NCBI GenBank assembly: GCA_963674745.2
Contig: CAXXDV010000003.1
Coordinates: 736,001 to 800,000 of the forward strand
Direction: 5' to 3'
Length of the DNA: 64,000 bases
Source of the DNA: Desulfosudaceae bacterium
GTDB taxonomy: Bacteria > Desulfobacterota > Desulfobacteria > Desulfobacterales > Desulfosudaceae
Part shown: piece by piece, positions 1-9,136 of the stretch
Layout: each line of letters opens with the position of its first letter
How positions within the stretch are numbered: position 1 is the stretch's first letter
Notes under the pieces: model-generated
Database searches by the model: none
What the model saw: only the letters and a program-made list of their open reading frames with translations
Told to the model about the DNA's origin: nothing
Position numbers and translations under genes: made by a program

Positions 1-462
1 GCTGGACTGGCTTCTCCAGTGTCGAACAACAAGATAAATGACGACCGGGGCCGTAATAAACGAAAAAAACCAGAACAGCAGGGAAACGATGGAGATGTGT
101 AAGGCCATATTATCATACAGGGTGCGCCGGGTCTCCAGGGTTTTGATGGATTTTGTTTTTGTACCGGTTTCCAGGCAGGCGGCACACAGGTGCCGACCGT
201 GCATTTCCAGATCACACAAAGCGCAGAGAAACCGGCCGCAGGATTCACAGGCGATAACGGCTTTTTTGTCGGGATGATAATAACACCCGGCATCATCATC
301 AAGGATCAGTCTTTCGCCGTTTTCTCCGGGGGTGACGTTCTGCAGGAGGGCGGGGAAGGCGTCGACCCGGATCGGCACGCCGCAGTTGGGGCAGGGCGAA
401 AGCTGATTTTTATTATAGATGTCCGCGTCAAGGGGCGAGGCGCATTTCGTGCATTTAATCAA
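1..462 (-). CDS. Zn-finger (CxxC pairs plus B-box-like) membrane protein, 3' end outside window
   Basis: Not in ORF track. Manual translation from TTG at 462 gives MIKCTKC...CPNCG...CYYHPDKKAVIACESCGRFLCALCD...HLCAACLE followed by a hydrophobic segment; frame open to base 1; AGGGAG upstream. Confidence 0.75.
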   Translation of the reverse strand, partial: MIKCTKCASPLDADIYNKNQLSPCPNCGVPIRVDAFPALLQNVTPGENGERLILDDDAGCYYHPDKKAVIACESCGRFLCALCDLEMHGRHLCAACLETGTKTKSIKTLETRRTLYDNMALHISIVSLLFWFFSFITAPVVIYLVVRHWRSQSS

Positions 463-478
463 ATCGGCAACTCCCTTT

Positions 479-1243
479 TTAGTCTTTGTATACCACCCGG
501 GTGTTGCACATGTGATCATGCAGGGCACGTTTCTGCCCGTCAAAGCCGGCCATGATAAAACCGATACCCAGGATGATAGAACTGACGAGCTTGCCGAAAT
601 AGCGTCCGAAAGCCAGTCCGTATCCGACTTTTTCGCCGTCGGATTTAATGACTTTTATTTTGCAGGCCATTTTTCCCGGGGTGGCGGCATATTTTCCCAC
701 GAACCATGTTTCATAGGCAATGGCGATGCCGAACTGAAGAAAAATCAAAAAAAACTGGAGGCCCATAAACAGACCTAAATTTTCAAAATTCTGATCTTCC
801 ATTTGATTAATATCGCCCATCATACCGGAAAGGATCAAGGTAAAGGGGGTTGTCACCACGATTTGAACGACCCAGAGAATGATACCGTCTATTATCGCTG
901 CCGCGGCACGGATCCAGAAGCCCGCGTAACGCAAGTCACCTGAAACATTTACGCCTTCTTTTAGTTTCTGCAGAAAAACCGGTTTGCACGAAGCGCATAC
1001 CCAGGCGTTTTCATACTGGATGACATCATCGGTGGAAAAATAGTTGCCGCATTCTGCGCAGGGCACACGACCGTCTGTCGCTTCTTCCCCGTCGGTCGTC
1101 TGTCTGAACTTTTCCCAGGCTTCCATGGTTTCGTTCCACACCAGCGTGTCCGGCTGAATCGTTCCGTTATCGATCAGCGCCTGAAAGTCTTCATCTGAAA
1201 CGGGCCCGATACGTTCATTGTCGACAACATAATACCAATCCAT
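479..1243 (-). CDS. GYF_2 (DUF4339) + Zn-ribbon + RDD family membrane protein
   Basis: N-terminal WYY...GPVS...TLVW..TMEAW, CxxC...CxxC, then RDD motifs YAGFWIRAAAAIID, TPGK, RALHD. ATG at 1243 (track start 1249). Confidence 0.85.
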   Translation of the reverse strand: MDWYYVVDNERIGPVSDEDFQALIDNGTIQPDTLVWNETMEAWEKFRQTTDGEEATDGRVPCAECGNYFSTDDVIQYENAWVCASCKPVFLQKLKEGVNVSGDLRYAGFWIRAAAAIIDGIILWVVQIVVTTPFTLILSGMMGDINQMEDQNFENLGLFMGLQFFLIFLQFGIAIAYETWFVGKYAATPGKMACKIKVIKSDGEKVGYGLAFGRYFGKLVSSIILGIGFIMAGFDGQKRALHDHMCNTRVVYKD

Positions 1244-1565
1244 AGTCAATTCTCTCCGTCAGGTGTCGTGTTGATTACGCCTGCGTGCTTCCAGTTCGCG
1301 TTTAGATACAGTGTGTTTTACGACGAATTTCAATGAAAGGTCTGGCGTCGTTTTATAATCAAAACGTTTTGTTGATTCCATTAAAAAAGACGCTGCCGGA
1401 CAGGGCTTTTTTCCTGTTATTTTTATGATGATGTTCGTATAAAAAAAGATCCGGACATCATCACAGCCTCCGGTCAAAACCTTCCCCCGATAACACAAAT
1501 TATCAACTTAATAACCTTTTAAGCGGATTTTGTCAACCGGCTTGAAAAGTATCCGGTCAATTACA

Positions 1566-1594
1566 TTGACACCGATTAAGGCTTTTTATACGAT
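1566..1594 (+). promoter_or_regulatory. Putative sigma70 promoter of ydbH operon
   Basis: TTGACA-17 bp-TACGAT; supports the ATG at 1668 over the track start at 1530. Confidence 0.55.
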
Positions 1595-1667
1595 GTTCAA
1601 AAGCTTCGAAAACACTTTCCGGTCCATTAAACGTCACAAAAGGCGCTTTTCACGAAACCAGCCAATC

Positions 1668-4253
1668 ATGAAAAAATTGTTTTTCGCCATACTGATCATT
1701 GTGTCGGCACTCTTCCTGGCAGGCCTGGCTGTGGATGTGCTTCTGACCCATTATATCACCTCTGTTCTTATCCCCCGAACGGCTGACCAGTACGGTATCG
1801 ACCGGGCATCCATTGATATCCTCAAACCAGGGCTGTTTGAAACCGTAGCCGGTCAGGTCAGGCTGGGCGACCGGAAAACCGATTTTCTGGAAATTGCATC
1901 AATTAAAATCTGCTATACACCAGTGGGACTGATCAACAGACATATCGAAACGGTGATCGTCAACGGGCTTGTGGTGAATGCCGTCTGGTCGGATAACAGC
2001 CTGGTGCTGCCGGGTTTTTCGCCCCCGGCACGGGTTGAAGAAGATAAAGACGATGTGTCTGATGGTACATGGCCGGTCACAATCGGCATGGTAGCGGTCA
2101 ACAATGTCATGATCAATGTCGCTCTGGGAGAGGACATTTTTCAGCTGCCGGTATCGTTGAACATGGTTTCGGACAACAGTAATATGCAACTCATCGACGG
2201 CACCCTTCGGCTTTATCCCCGGGGACAGGAGGTAACTGTCAACTTCCGGATGGACATAACCGGTAACAGCATATCCTCGCGGCTGGAGGCGCCCCATATC
2301 CGGTTGGGCAGCCTGGCTGACTGGATCGACCGGCTGGGCGTTACCGACGCAGACGGCCTGGCCGCTTTGTCGGCCCGGGCGGATTTGAAGATTGCCCCCC
2401 CGGAACTGCTGGCGGCGGGCTTTGATCTGGATCTGACAAGGGGCGGGATCGCATTTCAGGATGTTGCCCTGGGGCCGGTTGATGACCAAACACCCATATC
2501 AATCAGTGTGGCCGGATCAACTAAAAAGGGCTGGCAGGTTACCGGTTCGGCCATGACTGTTTCCGGTCCCTTTCCATTGCGGTTGTCCGGGTTTGACGGT
2601 TTCCTGTCAGCCGCGACGGTAAATGGTAAAAGGCAGGGCAATTTTTCAGTTGCCTTTGATCGGTCGATAAGAGCAACGCCTTCCGATTTTGGTTTGATGG
2701 TACCAATAAACGTTGACGGCGCCATTGACATGGAAAATACGGACGATTCATGGCGGATTGCCCTGTCCGGTCAACAATCCGCGCCGGATTCAGCCGTCTG
2801 CCAGTTTAAATCCGGTGACGTCGTTTTCAGGGCACCGGTTCCGGGGTTTACCCTGTCGGCAGAGGGCTCAGGTCCGCAAACCCGGGTCAAAACTGCTGTC
2901 GAGCTGTCGCAAGCAGACATGGATGCGGGGGGCGAAAAGATCGCGCTGTCAAACGCCGCCATACGGGTCGAGGCCGATATCACCCGGTCAACGGACAACA
3001 ACCCGGCTGTCTCAGGCAGCCTGCGGTTATCGTCCGGAAAAATATCAGCCGTAGGCCAACAGGCGGAAATCAAAAAAATCGAAATCGATTTGCCTTTTTG
3101 TTGGCCGGGATCAAGCCCGGACCGGGGGGGGCTTGCTGTAGGCCCTTTAGTGTGGCGGGATAAGGACCTGGGCGCGCTGACCGGAACGCTGCAGCAGAAG
3201 GGCAAAAGGGTTGAAATCAGCGGAATGTATAAACCCGGTCTTGTCCCCGGATTAAAAGGAGATTTATCCGGCACCCTGGGCATGGATGAGATCGATCCGG
3301 CCGTGGATATGACATTTCACCTGCGGCATCCGGCCGACGCGGCAGGCATTGACCTGGGCCGTTTCCTTCCGCAGGCCGCGGGAACAGTTGTAACCGGGGG
3401 GCTGGACGCAATCGTTGAGATCGCAATGGCTAACGGTCTGCCTGCCGGTCGCCTGACGTCCCGGATTGACAACGGCAACGTGCGTTCCGCTGAAAAGGGA
3501 TTTGATATCAGCGGTATAAAAGCCGACCTGAAAATTCCGGATCTGTTAAGCCTGAAAAGTGATCCTGACCAGAAACTTTCTTTTAACATGGCAACTCTTG
3601 GCGACATTCAGGTGACTGACGGTGAATTCGAGTTTCAACTGGAATCGACCAGGACGGTTTTTCTGGAAAAAAGCGGATTCAAGTGGTGCCGGGGCAGTGT
3701 ATATGCTGAGGGTATGCGGATTTCACCGGACAGGGATGTGTACGATCTGACGCTTTACAGCGATCGTTTGAACCTGGCCGATGTGTTAAGCCAGATCGGC
3801 GGTATTCAGGCCGAAGGTGAAGGAACGGTCAGCGGCCGCATTCCCATTCGCTATGCCGGCGGGGGGATCAGCATCAATAACGGGTTTCTGTTTTCAGCAC
3901 CCGGTGAAGGTGGTATTATCTATCTGAGCAAAACCGATATTCTGACCGCAGGCCTGCCGAAAAACAGCCCGCAATACACCCAGATCGATCTGGCCCGGGA
4001 GGCCTTGAAAAATTATCAGTATGACTGGGCCAAGGTACTGTTGAACTCAGAAGACGAAAACCTTTTGATCCGGCTGTCTTTTGACGGTAAGCCCAGACAA
4101 TCACTGCCTTTCATCCCGGATAAGAAGAAAGGCGGATTTGTCAGGGTCGAAAATGGACGAAACGGCTCGGAATTCATGGGCCTGAGTCTGGATGTGAATT
4201 TCAGGATTCCCTTGAACGAGCTGATCGGGTATAAAAGGGTGTTAAATATGTGA
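1668..4253 (+). CDS. YdbH-family (AsmA-like) intermembrane phospholipid bridge protein
   Basis: N-terminal TM anchor, long beta-rich body, C-terminal GTVSGRIPI...G.L....GG.I...ALKNYQY motif; followed by YnbE- and YdbL-like genes. Confidence 0.8.
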   Translation: MKKLFFAILIIVSALFLAGLAVDVLLTHYITSVLIPRTADQYGIDRASIDILKPGLFETVAGQVRLGDRKTDFLEIASIKICYTPVGLINRHIETVIVNGLVVNAVWSDNSLVLPGFSPPARVEEDKDDVSDGTWPVTIGMVAVNNVMINVALGEDIFQLPVSLNMVSDNSNMQLIDGTLRLYPRGQEVTVNFRMDITGNSISSRLEAPHIRLGSLADWIDRLGVTDADGLAALSARADLKIAPPELLAAGFDLDLTRGGIAFQDVALGPVDDQTPISISVAGSTKKGWQVTGSAMTVSGPFPLRLSGFDGFLSAATVNGKRQGNFSVAFDRSIRATPSDFGLMVPINVDGAIDMENTDDSWRIALSGQQSAPDSAVCQFKSGDVVFRAPVPGFTLSAEGSGPQTRVKTAVELSQADMDAGGEKIALSNAAIRVEADITRSTDNNPAVSGSLRLSSGKISAVGQQAEIKKIEIDLPFCWPGSSPDRGGLAVGPLVWRDKDLGALTGTLQQKGKRVEISGMYKPGLVPGLKGDLSGTLGMDEIDPAVDMTFHLRHPADAAGIDLGRFLPQAAGTVVTGGLDAIVEIAMANGLPAGRLTSRIDNGNVRSAEKGFDISGIKADLKIPDLLSLKSDPDQKLSFNMATLGDIQVTDGEFEFQLESTRTVFLEKSGFKWCRGSVYAEGMRISPDRDVYDLTLYSDRLNLADVLSQIGGIQAEGEGTVSGRIPIRYAGGGISINNGFLFSAPGEGGIIYLSKTDILTAGLPKNSPQYTQIDLAREALKNYQYDWAKVLLNSEDENLLIRLSFDGKPRQSLPFIPDKKKGGFVRVENGRNGSEFMGLSLDVNFRIPLNELIGYKRVLNM

Positions 4254-4364
4254 TCAAGGTGATTAAGTGGTCAGATGTTTAGGTGATTACGTTATTCGGC
4301 GGTTAGCATCCCTCCCGGGTGAGTCGCCTTAGACCCTTCTGTAAAACGCAGGTCACGAACTCAA

Positions 4365-4423
4365 GTAGGGGCATCCCCCTGTGGGTGCCCTTTCATCGGG
4401 CGGCCACAGGGGGCCGCCCCTAC
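4365..4423. repeat. GTAG-type REP-like palindromic element (copy 1)
   Basis: GTAGGGGCATCCCCCTGTGG...CCACAGGGGGCCGCCCCTAC; near reverse complement of 45427-45481. Confidence 0.8.
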
Positions 4424-4488
4424 AACTTGGAATCGTGTGTCTGGCTAATCGGGTGTGTAGCCCAATAATTAAATATAAGGAGTCGGAT

Positions 4489-4683
4489 ATGAGAAACAAA
4501 ATTATTTTTTGCGCGCTTGCCGCCGCCCTTTTGTTTCTGGTGGCTTGCACCCACCGGGTACAGGTTGACCCGATTCACATTACGGTGGATGTCAACATCA
4601 AGGTGGACAGGGCCCTGGATGATTTTTTCGGTGATATCGACCAGACCGGTGCCGCAGCCGAAACCGCGCCGGCAACGGATTGA
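4489..4683 (+). CDS. YnbE-like small lipoprotein
   Basis: AAGGAG RBS; lipobox LVAC; PIHITVDVNIKVDRALDDFF motif; lies between ydbH- and ydbL-like genes. Confidence 0.85.
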   Translation: MRNKIIFCALAAALLFLVACTHRVQVDPIHITVDVNIKVDRALDDFFGDIDQTGAAAETAPATD

Positions 4684-4724
4684 AAACGCTTAATACTGAA
4701 CGCATATTTTTCAAGGAGACTGTC

Positions 4725-5105
4725 ATGAAACATAGATCATATCTTTTTATCCTGCTGGCAGCCGGCTTCTGCCTGCTGAGTGTTTCTTCTCTTGCCGTGG
4801 CTGAAAGCGCCGGAGACATCAAGGCGCGTATGCTCGAACGCCTGCCGGTGATCAATGATTATAAAGCCCAGGGGACTGTGGGAGAAAACAACAAGGGCTT
4901 TTTACAGGTCATGGGTATTGATGGCGAGTGGTCCAAAGTGGTGGCCGCTGAAAACAATGATCGCAAAACGGTCTACCAGGCCATTGCCGCCAAGGCCGGC
5001 GCGCCCGCCGAAACCGTCGGTGCCAGGCGAGCCCTCCAGATTCGGGAAAGCGCCGCGCCCGGCACCTGGATCCAGGGAAAAGATGGCAAATGGGTGAAGA
5101 AATAG
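4725..5105 (+). CDS. YdbL family (DUF1318) periplasmic protein
   Basis: AAGGAG RBS; signal peptide; G.VGENNKGFL, ENNDRKTVY..IA, G.WIQ...G.W.KK motifs. Confidence 0.85.
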   Translation: MKHRSYLFILLAAGFCLLSVSSLAVAESAGDIKARMLERLPVINDYKAQGTVGENNKGFLQVMGIDGEWSKVVAAENNDRKTVYQAIAAKAGAPAETVGARRALQIRESAAPGTWIQGKDGKWVKK

Positions 5106-5119
5106 GACTGGAGAAACCA

Positions 5120-5827
5120 ATGATAAAAAAAAATATGGCAAAACATGATTTTATCCGGTTTTTGCTGGTTATGGCCATGAGCTTCTGTTTTTCTGCCGTA
5201 TCCTGCGACTTGACATATGCCCAAGAGTCGACGGAAACCAGGCAGCTCCGGCAGATAGCCGTCATGCCTTTTTTTAAAGGGAAAAAACCGGAAAAAATCG
5301 AAACCATCATGATGTGCCCAGTGGGTCGTTTATGCACGGAAGACGAAGCCGTGTTGCCGGGGGCTGAAAAGACCATGACATCTGTCCTGCAGAAAGCGAT
5401 GGCCGGGCGTTATGGTGATCGCGTGGTGCCGCAGGAGAAAACGGCGACGGCTTTTGACCAGGTGACCCTCGAGCAGATGGCCGGAAAGGGGGACGGACAG
5501 ACCATGCTGGACCTGGCCATGAAACTGGGCCGTGAAGTAAAAGCCGGTTACGTGGTCACCGGCAATGTCTGGCGGTTCACACAGCGTAGCGGGACCGCAC
5601 TCGGGTCGGAGATTCCGGCATCGGTGGCGTTCGATGTTCACCTGATAGATGTCGACAGGGGCGCAAGGGTATGGAAAGGATCGTTTGATAAAACCCAGCA
5701 GCCGCTGTCCGACAATCTCTTAAAACTTGGCGATTTTATAAAACATGATGGGCAATGGCTAACGGCCGAGGAGTTGGCCCGTCTGGGTATCAAAGAAGTA
5801 CTGAAAGCGTTTCCGGTAGGCAGGTAA
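5120..5827 (+). CDS. Exported protein / putative lipoprotein, CsgG/LpoB/PelC-like fold
   Basis: Signal peptide; IAVMPF...VVTGNVWRF...SVAFDVHLIDVDRGARVW pattern; start uncertain (5120 or 5135). Confidence 0.6.
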   Translation: MIKKNMAKHDFIRFLLVMAMSFCFSAVSCDLTYAQESTETRQLRQIAVMPFFKGKKPEKIETIMMCPVGRLCTEDEAVLPGAEKTMTSVLQKAMAGRYGDRVVPQEKTATAFDQVTLEQMAGKGDGQTMLDLAMKLGREVKAGYVVTGNVWRFTQRSGTALGSEIPASVAFDVHLIDVDRGARVWKGSFDKTQQPLSDNLLKLGDFIKHDGQWLTAEELARLGIKEVLKAFPVGR

Positions 5828-5832
5828 AGGTA

Positions 5833-7128
5833 TCAGCCGGCCCGGGCCAGCGGCAAATCCTGCCAGCGGGAGGTAAAGGCCGGTGAGGTGTGGCGGCGCT
5901 GCATTTCCCAGGCATGGTCCCGGCCGCTGGCCGCAAAGTACAGGACGTCCCGGCCGAAGCGTTCATTGATCCGGTCCAGGGTGGTCATCAACTGTTCATC
6001 GGCCCGTCTGTCGGTCACCAGATGCTCTTCGATGCAGGTCTGCCGGTGTTGTGCGTCCGTCAGCCCGGACAGCATGACCCCGGCTTTTTTGTACCCGTAG
6101 CCCGGGCGGTAAATATGGCGCAGCACTTTCAGCGCGGCCGTCAGCATGGCGGGGGTGCTGTTTGACGGCGGGCAGAGGCGGAGGAATTCGCAGGCCATGT
6201 ACTGGGGCAGGGGCCGGAAGCGGTCGGTCTGGAGAAACACGTGCAGGCAATGGGCCACCTGCCCGGATTGTCTCAGTTTCTCCGCGGCCCGGTGGGTGTG
6301 AACCGATACGGCCTGTTCAAGATCATTCCGGTCCGTCACCAGCCGGCCGAAAGATCGTGAGCGGATCAGGCTCTTGGCCGGCGCCGGCGCCGTGTTCAAT
6401 GCCAGGCAGGGCCGACCCGTAAGTTCCCGGACCATGCGTACCCCGTTGATGGTCATCCGTTTTCTTATCCATGATTCCGGCATGCGGACAAGCGCGCCGG
6501 CGGTGTGGATACCGTAGTGATGAAGCATTTTCGTGTACTGCCGGCCGATGCCCCAGATGTCGGCCACGGGGATGGTCTGCAGCAGACCGTCCAGGTCGGT
6601 GGCGTTGTCAATGCAGACGACCCCCCTGGTTTCCGGATTTTTTTTGGCGATTTTATTGGCTGCTTTGGCCAGGGTCTTGGTGGATGCCAGGCCGACGGAA
6701 ACCGGTATCCCGGTCCATTGCCGCACCACGGCCCGGATCTGGCGGGCCTGGGCTTCCAGGGCCGGCGACGATTTTCCGGTCAGGCACAAAAAAGCCTCGT
6801 CCTGGGAGTATATTTCCAGGTCCGGTGTCAGCATGCCCAGCACGGACATGACCCGGTCGGACATATCGGCGTAAAGGGTGTAGTTGGACGAAAACACCCG
6901 CACCCCGTAACGCCTGAAATCGGCTTTCATTTTAAAGGCCGGCGCGCCCATGGCAATGCCCAGGGCCTTGGCCTCGTTGGAGCGGGCGATGACACAGCCG
7001 TCATTGTTGGACAACACCACTACCGGACGGTTTTCCAGGCGGGGTTGAAAGACCCGTTCGCAGGAGACGTAAAAATTATTGCAGTCCACCAGGGCTGTCA
7101 AAGAACTGCTGTCATCCGGCCGGGGCAT
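5833..7128 (-). CDS. umuC: Y-family DNA polymerase V catalytic subunit UmuC
   Basis: [50 protein letters not shown] and C-terminal W.M.R...SP.FTSRW; probable ATG at 7128 (track 7164). Confidence 0.92.
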   Translation of the reverse strand: MPRPDDSSSLTALVDCNNFYVSCERVFQPRLENRPVVVLSNNDGCVIARSNEAKALGIAMGAPAFKMKADFRRYGVRVFSSNYTLYADMSDRVMSVLGMLTPDLEIYSQDEAFLCLTGKSSPALEAQARQIRAVVRQWTGIPVSVGLASTKTLAKAANKIAKKNPETRGVVCIDNATDLDGLLQTIPVADIWGIGRQYTKMLHHYGIHTAGALVRMPESWIRKRMTINGVRMVRELTGRPCLALNTAPAPAKSLIRSRSFGRLVTDRNDLEQAVSVHTHRAAEKLRQSGQVAHCLHVFLQTDRFRPLPQYMACEFLRLCPPSNSTPAMLTAALKVLRHIYRPGYGYKKAGVMLSGLTDAQHRQTCIEEHLVTDRRADEQLMTTLDRINERFGRDVLYFAASGRDHAWEMQRRHTSPAFTSRWQDLPLARAG

Positions 7129-7519
7129 TTGTGATCCGGTGCTGCCGCAGGTTGTGAAGGACATAGGTGGCCACCCCCCAGACCATCAGTTCCGTGTCGC
7201 CATGGATGGCCAGGGGCGAGACGTCGGGGTTTTCGGCCAGCAGGCGGATCTGTCCGTTCCGGGACCAGAGCCTGCGGACCATCAGCTCGCCCTCGACCAC
7301 GGCCACGACCACATCCCGGTGCCCGGCGTTAAGGGCCCGGTCCACCACCAGGATGTCTCCGGAGTGGATGCCGGCCGCCTGCATGGCGTCCCCGGACACC
7401 CGCATGAAAAAGGTGGCCAGGGGGTGAGCGATGACCAGCTGGTTCAAGTCCAGCCGGCTTTCGGCAAAATCCCGGGCTGGCGACGGAAAACCGGTGTAAT
7501 TTAAACCAGTTCCCGACAT
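7112..7519 (-). CDS. umuD: UmuD-like S24 family protein lacking catalytic Ser/Lys (UmuD'-like)
   Basis: GFPSPA.D....LDLNQL..HP.ATFF..SGD.M...GI..GD..VVD aligns by eye to E. coli UmuD'; immediately upstream of umuC. Confidence 0.85.
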   Translation of the reverse strand: MSGTGLNYTGFPSPARDFAESRLDLNQLVIAHPLATFFMRVSGDAMQAAGIHSGDILVVDRALNAGHRDVVVAVVEGELMVRRLWSRNGQIRLLAENPDVSPLAIHGDTELMVWGVATYVLHNLRQHRITNAPAG

Positions 7520-8139
7520 GTCCAGACCACCCTTCCGATAATCCGTACCCGGTTGATTTCTTCGTCCTGCAGGTAAACCGGCGCGTAACCGGTGTTGGCG
7601 CTGATCAGCACCAGGCGCCGGGGATGTTTCTCAACCCGTTTGACCATGACCGTGTCGTCGATGCCCACGGCATAGATACCGCCGGCATATATCTCCGTGC
7701 GGGACTGGTCCACCAGCACCGTATCGCCTTCTTCGATGACCGGGGACATGCTGTCGCCGATGACGTCCATGAGCACCATCTGTTCCGGGTTGCCCTTGCG
7801 GCGCAGCCAGGAGCGGCTGAAGGCGTAATATGATTCGATTTCCGGGCTGGTTTCAAAGGACCCACCGCCGGCGTGCAGCCGGGCCCGGACCCGGGGCACG
7901 GCCGTGGTCGCCTCGCGCATGACCGGCGGTCCGGATCCGGTTGATGCCAGCCACCCGGGATCAACATCAAAATGCCGGCCGAGCTTGACCAGCCAGGCGT
8001 CCGGGACCGTATTTTTGCGCTTGGCCTGGGTAATGGCCGAGCGGTGTACCCCCAGTATGGCGGCCAGTTCCGACTGGGAACGGATGCCCAGGCCCTGCCT
8101 GGCTTTTTCATAAAAAACGTCAAAAGGGATGATCGTCAT
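7501..8139 (-). CDS. CI/LexA-like repressor (phage-CI-type HTH + S24 peptidase)
   Basis: HTH SQSELAAILGVHRSAITQAK; Ala-Gly site (HAGGG); catalytic GDSM and MVKR; RIIGRVVW. Confidence 0.88.
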   Translation of the reverse strand: MTIIPFDVFYEKARQGLGIRSQSELAAILGVHRSAITQAKRKNTVPDAWLVKLGRHFDVDPGWLASTGSGPPVMREATTAVPRVRARLHAGGGSFETSPEIESYYAFSRSWLRRKGNPEQMVLMDVIGDSMSPVIEEGDTVLVDQSRTEIYAGGIYAVGIDDTVMVKRVEKHPRRLVLISANTGYAPVYLQDEEINRVRIIGRVVWTCRELV

Positions 8140-8170
8140 AATGATCTCTTTGTTTATCGAAAGCTATTTA

Positions 8171-8207
8171 TGTTTATTTATATAAACAATCTGTATATGG
8201 GTGTCAA
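8171..8207 (-). promoter_or_regulatory. Promoter with overlapping palindromic operator for repressor-umuDC
   Basis: Minus-strand TTGACA (8207-8202)-17 bp-TATATA (8184-8179); TGTTTA-N6-TAAACA at 8171-8188 covers the -10. Confidence 0.6.
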
Positions 8208-8317
8208 TTATTTTTTTGACGAAAGGGGGTTACCCGGTATATCAAGGACGAGAAGTCCGCTTCTGGAACGGGACTCCGGGCAGATTCGGAAGTTATACCG
8301 AAAGACAGGTTTACGAC

Positions 8318-9136
8318 TCAGACATCCACCCCGTGGCGGTGGGCCAGTTTGGTGAACATCTGGGCCAGGCCGGCGCCCAGGGCAAAGGCCGAACCGATGG
8401 AGAGGTTGTCTTCAACGCATTTGTCGAAGAAAAGGTTGATGGTGGATGCCATGCCTTCTTCGGGATACCAGTAGCAGATCATGACCGGCACCTTGGGCAT
8501 GGGGTAAAGCACCACCGAAATATCGGACTCGAATTCCTGCCCGACCTGTTTGCCGCTGAACATGTGCACCATGTCGTCAAACAGCTCGGGGTAGGCGTCG
8601 GCCACCCGCTTCATGGCTTCTTCGCAGCGTTTTTTGAACAGGGGGTAGCCTTCCCGTCCTTTTTTCAGTTCCCGGTAGGAGAGCCATTCGCCGGTGGGGT
8701 CGATGCCTTTGCTGAACAATACGTAGTCGAGGAAGGGACCGGCCACCCAGGGGTTGACATGGATGTCGGCGTAAAGCGTACCGTTTTTATCCACACTGAA
8801 GTCTTTTCCCATCACTTTGACGGTCAGTTTACCGTTGGCCAACCGGCCGCCGGTGCGCTGGGCCGCTTTTTCAAAATCCAGATCGGAGACGGCTTTTTTC
8901 AGCTCGTCGATCGTATTTTCCCGTTCATCGGTTGCGTTGGGCGCGGCTTTTTGAAGGCCGTAAGTCTCGGAAAATTCCCGCACGGTTTCCGGGTCCAGTC
9001 TGGGACATTCGGCAAGCGCGCGGTTGCCCTTGAATACCGCGGCGGCAAAGGCAAAACAGGTTTTTTCGCCGCATTCCCGGCAGTTGGACTGGTCCAGCAG
9101 TTTGACAATATCAAGTGTGGTGGCCTGTTTGGTCAT
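8318..9136 (-). CDS. AcsC-type 4Fe-4S domain + DUF3786 protein
   Basis: N-terminal LDQSNCRECGEKTCFAFA...CPRL; C-terminal W.SYREL..G...F and P.PKVP....W..EE motifs. Confidence 0.75.
   Translation of the reverse strand: MTKQATTLDIVKLLDQSNCRECGEKTCFAFAAAVFKGNRALAECPRLDPETVREFSETYGLQKAAPNATDERENTIDELKKAVSDLDFEKAAQRTGGRLANGKLTVKVMGKDFSVDKNGTLYADIHVNPWVAGPFLDYVLFSKGIDPTGEWLSYRELKKGREGYPLFKKRCEEAMKRVADAYPELFDDMVHMFSGKQVGQEFESDISVVLYPMPKVPVMICYWYPEEGMASTINLFFDKCVEDNLSIGSAFALGAGLAQMFTKLAHRHGVDV

Noticed and set aside
1530..1667. N-terminal extensions in the ORF track (ydbH 1530, ynbE 4381, xrt 15424, dnaJ 42713)
   Set aside because: They run through promoters, REP elements or upstream genes; downstream ATGs give proper signal peptides or domain starts.
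7495..7519. Programmed -1 frameshift fusing the repressor to UmuD'
   Set aside because: The frames would allow it, but there is no in-frame X XXY YYZ slippery heptamer, and umuD has its own ATG with a purine-rich upstream sequence.
5833..8139. Prophage or ICE around the CI-like repressor and umuDC
   Set aside because: No integrase, structural, replication or conjugation genes, and no att-like repeats seen.
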